A stretch of DNA of 64,000 bases, taken from the NCBI GenBank assembly GCA_020348265.1, contig CP070744.1, positions 3,197,866 to 3,261,865 on the forward strand. Direction: 5' to 3'. Both the position numbers and the translations under genes were made by a program. This DNA is from Phycisphaerales bacterium (lineage in GTDB: Bacteria; Planctomycetota; Phycisphaerae; UBA1845). The notes below the pieces were generated by a model. The model saw only the letters and a list, made by a program, of their open reading frames with translations, searched no databases and was not told the origin of the DNA. Below, in pieces: positions 56,407 through 64,000 of this stretch (positions are counted from its first letter, which is position 1; every line of letters starts with the position of its first letter).

Positions 56407-58668
56407 CTAACGACGCCGTCTTCCTCCTCCGTGGGTCGCTGATCCTCTCGATCGTTGCGATCCGAGGGAGCGACTGGCTCCGCGCTGCCGTGCCCGATGA
56501 TGACGGTCCAAGTCCTGTCTGAGCTTCCGGCCACCACCTTGATCTGTCCCTCGGAGTTTCCGCCTGTCTCCGGATCGTTGGGCCTTCTCCTTTACAGATT
56601 GCTGTTCGCCTGACTTGCCGGCCCTCCAAGCGGGCTTGGACCAGCTCTTTCCTTTGCGTTGCCGCCATCCATCCAGCGACTTGCGGTACACGTTGCCCTC
56701 CTTATCCGCAAAGATGTTGTCTGCGCGACGCCGCCCTTTGCCGCGTGTTGAAGTACCTTCCGCCCGGTGACCGCCTGACCGTACTGTCTTTTGCCTATCT
56801 TTCTTAGAACGTGTTCCATCGCGCCGCTTGCCTTGCGCAACCGGTGTTTCTCCGCGCCCTTCGAGTTTTGTGCGCGAACGAGTGATGTCACGCCGAGCGT
56901 AGATGTTGTTGCGATTGATGTTGATGTTGTTGTTTATGTTTACGTTCCGGCTGAAGCGGTTCACGCTCGCATGGCGATGGCCACCGGGGCCCCACCATCC
57001 CCTACCCCAACCGTGAATGTCAACGTCATCGATGTGGACGCCGCCCACACCAAGCCAACCCCCCGGGCCAGCATATCCCGCTCGAAAGGCCCAGTTACCC
57101 GTGTGCGAGTTGTATGCCACTGAGAAGCCCCAAGTAGCCGGGCGGGCACAATAGACGGAACCGTGCCAGGCGTGGTAGTGGTGCCCTGTTCCGTAAACCA
57201 CTGTGCTGCCATGTACATAGCAGCCGACGTAGCCTGGGGTATAACCTACGTACACCACGCTGGGCGTATGGTCATACAAGTAAACATACTTCACGTTGTA
57301 GACCGGGCAGCTCGGTGGGATAGTGTAAATCACCTTCGGCACGGAGACGCTGACAACCCAGGAGCTCGTTGGACTTGCGGACTGATACCAGACGGCGTCG
57401 TGGCAGCAGTAGTAGACTCCATCCACGCGGATGACCGAGTAGGGTGTGTTGACCGCGTAGTACATCGTCGTGCCTTCGATCTTCTCGAACTTTGGCTCGC
57501 CGTCGTAAGTCACGGAGACAGTGGCGGCGCTTCGGTCGATCTGGGTAGTTTGAGGGATATAGGTTTCAAGAACGGCGTCCTTCGCCTCGGGAGTACCGGC
57601 CACGAACGACAGAACGTGTCCTTTATCCGACCCCGGTGGGATACGGGCAAAATCAGCAGGCAACGTGTCGGGCGGAACGTACGTCCAAGGTCCGTCCTTC
57701 GATTGCGATGTAAACCATCTGCCGGAAAGAAGGACGTATATATCCTGCGTCTGGATGTCCATGAACACGTCGCTTTTCGTGTTACTCACATAGAGAAGAT
57801 CTGTGCCGCGCACGGTTCCGAATACCGCTGCACCATCGGTTTGGATCAATTCCGTCGGCTCGGTCGCCACGATGATCCGCGGCATGCGAGCTGCGTGGCT
57901 TTCACTGCCAGACGACGGTGGTACGGATCTTACATTCTTGGATGCGAGAGTCTGGATCTCATCCGGCACGTGCTCCGCAGCCTGCCAAGGGCCCATTGCA
58001 TCAGGAGCAGAAAGCCAGTAGCCGCCGCTTTGCAGGTAGTAGTTCTTAAGTTCTCGGTCGAATACGATGAAGAAGGGTGTGTTGACCACCCGCATCAAGT
58101 TAGTATCCGGGATCACGCCCAGCTTGGGTTCGCCGTCGATGGTCACCAGCACAGCCGGATAGTCAACCACGATGATCCTGGGCGGCGTGGTCTCCAAGTC
58201 TTCCGCCGTCTGTTGCTCCTGCTCCACCAGCTCCAGCATGGTCAACAAACGATCCAGCGAGAGGGTCAGCTGCATTTCAGACAGACGACCTTTCAGCTCC
58301 GCTGATAGCTTATGGACGTCCTCCGGGTTCGCCTCCGGGAACTTGGCGTCCGTTACGTCCACCTGCAAGCACGTTACCGTGCGTGCGTCTCGATCCGTCT
58401 CTACTCGAGCCGCGAACCAGACCGCGCCAAACACCGGCTCCGCTGTATCCGCCTTGGTCACCGCGACCGCGGCCCGTGCGGTCAGCTTGTTACCTTCGAA
58501 GGACTCGAGCTGCGGTTGGTAAATGACGATCTTGGCCGTGGGGACATCTATCTCAAGAGGCCACTCGAGTGTGGCAACTTGAGCCGAAGCCGCAGACCAC
58601 GCCGCCGTGGCACCTATAACAGCCACGGCTATCACGCGCGTTAAGACTGTGGGACGAGCTTTCTTCAT
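56407..58668 (-). CDS. Large secreted hypothetical protein with Arg/Gly-rich tail
   Basis: Signal peptide (ASA-Q), Trp/Tyr-rich repeats, NVNINNNININR segment, basic low-complexity C-terminus. Confidence 0.75.
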   Translation of the reverse strand: MKKARPTVLTRVIAVAVIGATAAWSAASAQVATLEWPLEIDVPTAKIVIYQPQLESFEGNKLTARAAVAVTKADTAEPVFGAVWFAARVETDRDARTVTCLQVDVTDAKFPEANPEDVHKLSAELKGRLSEMQLTLSLDRLLTMLELVEQEQQTAEDLETTPPRIIVVDYPAVLVTIDGEPKLGVIPDTNLMRVVNTPFFIVFDRELKNYYLQSGGYWLSAPDAMGPWQAAEHVPDEIQTLASKNVRSVPPSSGSESHAARMPRIIVATEPTELIQTDGAAVFGTVRGTDLLYVSNTKSDVFMDIQTQDIYVLLSGRWFTSQSKDGPWTYVPPDTLPADFARIPPGSDKGHVLSFVAGTPEAKDAVLETYIPQTTQIDRSAATVSVTYDGEPKFEKIEGTTMYYAVNTPYSVIRVDGVYYCCHDAVWYQSASPTSSWVVSVSVPKVIYTIPPSCPVYNVKYVYLYDHTPSVVYVGYTPGYVGCYVHGSTVVYGTGHHYHAWHGSVYCARPATWGFSVAYNSHTGNWAFRAGYAGPGGWLGVGGVHIDDVDIHGWGRGWWGPGGHRHASVNRFSRNVNINNNININRNNIYARRDITRSRTKLEGRGETPVAQGKRRDGTRSKKDRQKTVRSGGHRAEGTSTRGKGRRRADNIFADKEGNVYRKSLDGWRQRKGKSWSKPAWRAGKSGEQQSVKEKAQRSGDRRKLRGTDQGGGRKLRQDLDRHHRARQRGASRSLGSQRSRGSATHGGGRRRR

Positions 58669-58729
58669 TGGTCACTTCCTTTTCGTGTATGCGCCACTAC
58701 TCATTTCGGTGAAACCGCAAGCCGTGCCG

Positions 58730-58903
58730 CTACCTGTATTCATTCACTTCAAGCATAGAGCCAATCGCGTCTGCGACGGCCCCTGAGATCGCATCGCCTA
58801 CGCCGTCTTTGACGCTCTCGGTTACAAGGTCTACACAACCTCTATTCCGGCACGTTAAAACGACTATTAGGAGAACGATATTATGGTGTTTGCGTAAACT
58901 CAT
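58730..58903 (-). CDS. 57-aa mini-lipoprotein-like amphipathic peptide
   Basis: Manual translation MSLRKHHNIVLLIVVLTCRNRGCVDLVTESVKDGVGDAISGAVADAIGSMLEVNEYR; AGGAG SD overlaps the stop codon of the upstream gene. Confidence 0.5.
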   Translation of the reverse strand: MSLRKHHNIVLLIVVLTCRNRGCVDLVTESVKDGVGDAISGAVADAIGSMLEVNEYR

Positions 58904-58913
58904 GCGCACACTC

Positions 58914-59351
58914 CTACTCTAAAGAAGCTGGCGTCGTTGCGGCCTCAGTCTGGGCGAACGAGCGCGCTAAAGCCTGACTCCGCTCCGCCTCGAGCGCTGT
59001 GATCCGGCGCTCCAGCAGCTTAATCCGCTGCGCGGTACGGTTGACTTTCTCTTTCGCCTTCCAAATGGGAAACGAGAAATCCAGCCATACGCCATTGTCG
59101 TTGTCGCTGTTTCCGTTGTCGATATCACGGCGCCGATAAGTGATGCCTGTTGTTATCTTGTTGTTGCGATCGTCTTGCCACACGAACTCGAAACCTTGCT
59201 GCGCATACCACCGTATGCTGTTCGTCCGATCGGAACCGCGGTGGCGGAACTCCGGGCCTGTCTTGGACTTACCTCGGATTTCTACCAGCGTACATCCCGG
59301 CATGAATGCTAGTACAAGTCCAAACGCCAGCAGCCGCTTGATCCTCGACAT
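58914..59351 (-). CDS. Hypothetical lipoprotein (beta-rich core plus coiled coil)
   Basis: Lipobox MPGC; alternating aromatic strands; heptad tail IKLLERRITALE. Confidence 0.7.
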   Translation of the reverse strand: MSRIKRLLAFGLVLAFMPGCTLVEIRGKSKTGPEFRHRGSDRTNSIRWYAQQGFEFVWQDDRNNKITTGITYRRRDIDNGNSDNDNGVWLDFSFPIWKAKEKVNRTAQRIKLLERRITALEAERSQALARSFAQTEAATTPASLE

Positions 59352-59431
59352 TCGATACTATCTCCCCATCAGCACGAAACACTCGTGGCCGACAACGCTT
59401 AGACCGTCCCTGAGCAGTATCCGGCGGACAG

Positions 59432-60097
59432 CTACTTGCCGCTGTATCCGTGGGCCTTGTCCACTCGCTTCACGAACCGCTCGACCCAATGCCGGATCAC
59501 CTGCTTCGCGTGTCCGAGGGGATCCAATCCGGCGGCGATCGCCAATCGGTTCCCCGCCCGCGTATCCACAACCGCTAAGACGCGTTTCCCAGTTTGAGAG
59601 TCAAGCCCCTCGGCCTCCATAGATGCTCCCCCCAGGCCGATTCCGGAGAGCTTCGTTGCAGGGTGGATGTTCATGGCCGGCTTCGTCTTCTTGATGTCAG
59701 TCAGTGCGGCCCTAATGCGCAGGAACCCCGGGCCTGGCGCGTCGACCACGGAGTACCGCTCTGACCAGCCCTTTCTCACCTCGTCGTAGGCATAGTCGGT
59801 CAGCTTCTTCAGCGTGGCTGGGTCGAGCGCAGTACCTTTCGCATTCGGTGCGAAGTGCACGAGGATCGGATCGATCATGAACTTGTTATAATCGCCCAGA
59901 CTCTTTGCAGGATCCTGATAGTACAAGGCATCTTCTACTTCAGGGTTTGGCTGCAGTTTCGAGTAATCACTCAAGAATCCCGAGTAGGTCGCCTTGTGCG
60001 CCTGACATCCCGTAAGCAGACCAGAGGACATGGCCGCCAACACGACCATGCACGACACCGACAACACCGCGTTGACTTTGCCATTACGTTTCATCAT
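59432..60097 (-). CDS. DUF3313-family lipoprotein
   Basis: Lipobox LTGC, YSGFLSDYSKL, Y.KFMIDPI, LRIRAALTD, G.ASME.E..DSQTG..V.AVVD. Confidence 0.8.
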   Translation of the reverse strand: MMKRNGKVNAVLSVSCMVVLAAMSSGLLTGCQAHKATYSGFLSDYSKLQPNPEVEDALYYQDPAKSLGDYNKFMIDPILVHFAPNAKGTALDPATLKKLTDYAYDEVRKGWSERYSVVDAPGPGFLRIRAALTDIKKTKPAMNIHPATKLSGIGLGGASMEAEGLDSQTGKRVLAVVDTRAGNRLAIAAGLDPLGHAKQVIRHWVERFVKRVDKAHGYSGK

Positions 60098-60239
60098 CGA
60101 AAACTCCCTTCATTTCGCCTGGTTCATGACTCTACAGTCACCTAAGATCATTCTCATTAAGAACTCTGCGTATTCTGTCGTAATCGCGCCTCTACAAGTC
60201 CACGTGCGCGTGACTCCTTCCTGGCTGATTCCCGTGGTT

Positions 60240-61004
60240 CTAGTCTGCATTCATTCCTCCTGCACCCGCAGCCGGTGAATGCGAAATATGTAGGCCAACC
60301 AACCGAGCTACTAAGACCGCAAGGTAAAGCTGCCCTACGACTGCCTGCAGGGCGGCGCAGGTACGGGCCATGGATGAGATCGGAACGATGTCACCGTAGC
60401 CGAGCGTGCTCATGGTTACAAAACTGTAGTAGATCGCAACGAACGTCCGCTCACCGCCAAACCGCATGGTTTCAGCCTCACCCTCCTCGGCGAAGGAGAA
60501 GACGAACGCTCCCGGGTCCAGATAGTAAAACACCGAGTAGGCCAGGGCGCACAAGACTCCCAACAGCACGTACACGCACAACGACGCACAAATCATGTCC
60601 GAGCTGACACGGCCGCTGACGAACAGGAACTTCAGAATAAGGACGATCACGTAGGCAAGAAACAGGATGCCGAGAAAATGACCCGCAATCGCCAAGCCAT
60701 CTCTGGCAATCCATGTCTGTAGAACTTGGAGAATCGCTGCAGGAATGGCAAGCAGGAGCGCGAGTGTTCTCGTCCTGCGCGTTCGGCTTACCGCAAGAAC
60801 GGCCGACAGCAGCACCACCGCGAAGAGCAGTGGAATCACCAGGTCGGCAATCCTGGATTGCGCGTATGGCCTGAACATGCGTACAAGTGGTGCGCCTACC
60901 AGCAGCAAGGCAAGCGCGCAGAGCAGAACAGCAAAGCGATGCTGGAGGACCGTCCTCCACGCCTCGTGCCTTCCTTCGTGCGTATGTCCTTCATCTGCGG
61001 TCAT
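60240..61004 (-). CDS. Potassium channel family protein
   Basis: YYSFVTMSTLGYGDI pore/selectivity filter; GQLYLAVLVARLVG. Confidence 0.9.
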   Translation of the reverse strand: MTADEGHTHEGRHEAWRTVLQHRFAVLLCALALLLVGAPLVRMFRPYAQSRIADLVIPLLFAVVLLSAVLAVSRTRRTRTLALLLAIPAAILQVLQTWIARDGLAIAGHFLGILFLAYVIVLILKFLFVSGRVSSDMICASLCVYVLLGVLCALAYSVFYYLDPGAFVFSFAEEGEAETMRFGGERTFVAIYYSFVTMSTLGYGDIVPISSMARTCAALQAVVGQLYLAVLVARLVGLHISHSPAAGAGGMNAD

Positions 61005-61017
61005 GGGCGGTACTCTG

Positions 61018-63999
61018 TCATTCTACTGGTGAAGGAATCCTGAAGAAGCAGGCGTACAGCACGGGAACAAACACCAGAGTCAAGACGGTGGCGAATGCAA
61101 GCCCGAACATGATGGTCACAGCCATCGCCACAAAGAAGGCATCCGCCAGAAGCGGGATCATTCCTAGCACTGTGGTCAGCGCGGCCATCGAGACAGGTCT
61201 TACGCGACTCACACCTGAGTCAACCACGGCGTTGAGCGCCTCCTTGCCCGCCCCGATTTGACAGTTGATCTCGTCGATCAATACGATGGCGTTCTTGATC
61301 AGCATGCCGCTCAGGCTCAGGAAGCCCAACAGGGCCATGAAACCAAAGGGTTGCCCGGTAAGCAGAAGTCCGGCGGTGACGCCGATGATCGCCAGCGGCA
61401 CGGTCAGGAAGATGATCAGCGGCAACCGGATCGAGTTGAAGAGGAAGATGACTACCAAGACCATCAGCATCGCGACGATGGGCATCTTGCCAGCCAGGGC
61501 GGCCTGGGCGTCGCGAGAGTTTTCGTATTCTCCACCCCATTCCAGCGAGTAACCAGTCGGAACCTCGATCGCTTCGATCTTCGGACGCAGCTTCTCGAAT
61601 AAGATACTGGCCGGTCCCGACCTAGGGTCACACTTTACCGTCAACGTGGGCAAGCGATCTCGGCGGCGGACAATCGAATCCTCCGATTGGCTCTCGAAAC
61701 CGCGAACGACCTGACTGATGGGGAGCGACCTGCCGGCTACCGGGCTCCAGATCCGGGCGTCATGAAGATTGTCGATGTCGCCGCGTTCCTCTTCCGGACT
61801 GCGCCCGATGATAGGCAGCAGCTTGTCGCGCTCACGGTAGACGCCGATTCTCTTTCCTTCAAACGCTGCCTGCAGCGCACCGGTGATCTCCGCTCGGGTT
61901 ATGCCCGCATCACGCGCCTGAGTTTCTGCAACGACCGGGCGAATCAGCGGCACTCGTTGTCGCCAATCATCCATTACATCGACTGCGTCAGGATCGGCCA
62001 ACATGATCGAACGAGCTTGGGCGGCCAGACTGCGCAGCACGTCCGGGGCGGGGCCACGGAAGCGAACTTGAATTTTCTGGGCGTCGCCTGGCCCAAGCAT
62101 GAATTGACGAGGGAACGCCTGGGCATCAGGGAAGTTCTCAGCAAGGTAGTCTTGCACCAAAGGCAGCAGAGTACTGATCTTCTTATAGTCGCTAACGCTG
62201 ACCAGTAGCAGGCCATATGAACTGTTGGCATCCTCCGGTGTATAGGTGAGCAGGAATCGCAGCGCGCCTCGTCCTACGAATGTTGATACGTCCGTTACCT
62301 CGTCCAGCGTTGCCAGATGTTGCTCAATCCTTTTCAGGTCCTCTTCTGTTCGACTGATGTGTGTACCTTGTGGCAGCCAGTAGTGCACCATGAACTGAGG
62401 ACGGGTGGAGTCCGGGAAGAAGCTCCGTTTAACGAAGCCGAATCCACGAATCGACAGGGCCAGCAGGACAACCATTACCAGGACCGTCAGCCATCGTGCT
62501 CGAATACAAATACTTACGAAGCTGCGGTAGGCACGGAAGAGAATTCCGCCATAAGGGTCAGCAGTGTTTTCCGTCCCTTTTGCCCTCAGGAACATCACAC
62601 CAAACAGAGGGGTAACTGCGATCGCCAGTACCCAGCTCATCATTAGCGAGATTAGGATCACCTGGAAGAGAGACCGGCAATACTCACCCGTGGAATCACG
62701 CGAGACACCAATGGCGGCAAAGGCGAGCACGGCGACGATGGTTGCGCCAAGCAATGGCCAGATCGTCTGCCCCACAATCTGGGCGGCTGCCTTGACTCGG
62801 TCCATGCCGCGTTGAAGGTTGACTAGGATGCCTTCTACGACCACGATCGCGTTGTCGACCAGCATACCCAGCGCGATAATCAATGCTCCCAGGCTGATGC
62901 GCTCGAGCATGATGCCTTGGATCTTCATCACGATGAGCGTAGCCAAAACGGTCAACAGGAGGATGATGCCGATGAGAACACCGCTGCGCATCCCCATCGC
63001 GAACATGAGCACACCGATGACGATTGCGAGGGCTTCTGCCAAGCTCACTATAAAGCCGTTCACCGCTGTTGTGACTGAATCGGCCTGGTGAGCAATGGCA
63101 CCTACTTCCATACCGATGGGTGTCTCGGCCTTTAGCTCATGCAGGCGGTGCTTGACCGCCTCGCCCATCGTCACGACGTTGCCCCCCAGCACGGTGGAGA
63201 TGCCCAGACCGATGGCCGGGCGGCCGTTGAATCGCATGATTGTGCTCGGTGGGTCGAGGTAACCACGTTTTATCGCGGCTACGTCTTTCAGATAGAGCTT
63301 ACTTGCGGTTGCATCATCCTGGAGGATAAGCAGGTCCCCAATATCCTCGACCGAACTGAACTCGCCGGTCGGATGGATTCGGATGTACTGGCTGCCCACC
63401 TTGGCCTTCCCAGCCGGCTGAATCAGGTTCTGACCAGACAACGTCTGGTAGATGATTGCCGGTGCGATACCCAGCCGGGCGAGACGGGCCCGAGAGATCT
63501 CCACATACACGGCTTCCGGTTGGTCGCCGTAAACAGTGATCTTTCCCACATCCTCGCATAAGAGAAGCTCACGGCGCAGCAAATCCACGTAGTCTTTCAG
63601 CTCGGCGTAGGAATAGCCGTCGCCGTACACCGCATGGAACACGCCGTACACATCCCCGAAGTCGTCGTAAACCAGCGACGGCCCAGCTCCCGGGGGGAGC
63701 TTCGACTGCGCATCGTTGACTTTTCGGCGGAGTTCATCCCACACCTGTGGCAGCGAGTGTTTGTTGTACTTGTCCTTCATCTCCACTAGGACCGTGGACT
63801 TGCCTGGTTCGGAAATGCTGGTTACGAGATCCAGTTGCCCAAGTTGCTGCACAGCTGTCTCGATCTCATCGGTTACCTCCTCGGCGACCTCCATAGCTGT
63901 GGCACCCGGGTAGTTGGTGAAGATCTGCGCGTTCTTGATGGTGAATTCGGGGTCTTCCAGCCGGCCTAGCCGCTCATACGACCAGGTCCCGCCACCGAT
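61018..63999 (-). CDS. RND transporter permease (5' truncated by window)
   Basis: Frame continues to the window end (GRLEDPEFTIK...YPGATA); GMLVDNAIVV, GMLIKNAIVLID, SRVRPV. Confidence 0.95.
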   Translation of the reverse strand: MGGGTWSYERLGRLEDPEFTIKNAQIFTNYPGATAMEVAEEVTDEIETAVQQLGQLDLVTSISEPGKSTVLVEMKDKYNKHSLPQVWDELRRKVNDAQSKLPPGAGPSLVYDDFGDVYGVFHAVYGDGYSYAELKDYVDLLRRELLLCEDVGKITVYGDQPEAVYVEISRARLARLGIAPAIIYQTLSGQNLIQPAGKAKVGSQYIRIHPTGEFSSVEDIGDLLILQDDATASKLYLKDVAAIKRGYLDPPSTIMRFNGRPAIGLGISTVLGGNVVTMGEAVKHRLHELKAETPIGMEVGAIAHQADSVTTAVNGFIVSLAEALAIVIGVLMFAMGMRSGVLIGIILLLTVLATLIVMKIQGIMLERISLGALIIALGMLVDNAIVVVEGILVNLQRGMDRVKAAAQIVGQTIWPLLGATIVAVLAFAAIGVSRDSTGEYCRSLFQVILISLMMSWVLAIAVTPLFGVMFLRAKGTENTADPYGGILFRAYRSFVSICIRARWLTVLVMVVLLALSIRGFGFVKRSFFPDSTRPQFMVHYWLPQGTHISRTEEDLKRIEQHLATLDEVTDVSTFVGRGALRFLLTYTPEDANSSYGLLLVSVSDYKKISTLLPLVQDYLAENFPDAQAFPRQFMLGPGDAQKIQVRFRGPAPDVLRSLAAQARSIMLADPDAVDVMDDWRQRVPLIRPVVAETQARDAGITRAEITGALQAAFEGKRIGVYRERDKLLPIIGRSPEEERGDIDNLHDARIWSPVAGRSLPISQVVRGFESQSEDSIVRRRDRLPTLTVKCDPRSGPASILFEKLRPKIEAIEVPTGYSLEWGGEYENSRDAQAALAGKMPIVAMLMVLVVIFLFNSIRLPLIIFLTVPLAIIGVTAGLLLTGQPFGFMALLGFLSLSGMLIKNAIVLIDEINCQIGAGKEALNAVVDSGVSRVRPVSMAALTTVLGMIPLLADAFFVAMAVTIMFGLAFATVLTLVFVPVLYACFFRIPSPVE

Positions 64000-64000
64000 G

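Overview
64 kb bacterial chromosomal segment, most likely from a planctomycete (Phycisphaerae-like). This is inferred from the planctomycete-type ECF sigma/Ser-Thr kinase pair, the many Cys-lipidated secreted proteins and lpxD. Layout from left to right: (1) a housekeeping block phoH - 7TM-HD phosphodiesterase - ybeY - nitrilase-fold protein - HlyC/CorC, then groES-groEL; (2) an accessory, REP/MITE-rich stretch with two beta-lactamase-family serine hydrolases, a C45 Ntn-hydrolase and gene remnants; (3) c-di-GMP signalling (HDOD protein plus a REC-GGDEF-REC-GAF-HD-GYP hybrid); (4) an MlaEFD operon, lpxD and a lone hutU; (5) an N6-methyltransferase translationally coupled to a PIN RNase with no antitoxin; (6) an ECF sigma/kinase pair; (7) several unannotated small proteins and a peptide - permuted papain-like enzyme - response regulator - RND operon; (8) a minus-strand lipoprotein-rich block with a second MCE/PqiC system, a variant SGNH hydrolase, a hendecad-repeat apolipoprotein-like lipoprotein, a K+ channel and a truncated RND permease. 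No rRNA, tRNA, CRISPR array, transposase or integrase was seen. The best candidates for undescribed biology are the MTase-PIN pair, the amphipathic-helix (apolipoprotein/PSM-like) proteins next to lipid and RND transporters, and a sigma-54 enhancer architecture upstream of groESL. All family assignments come from motif recognition by eye; no database searches were run.
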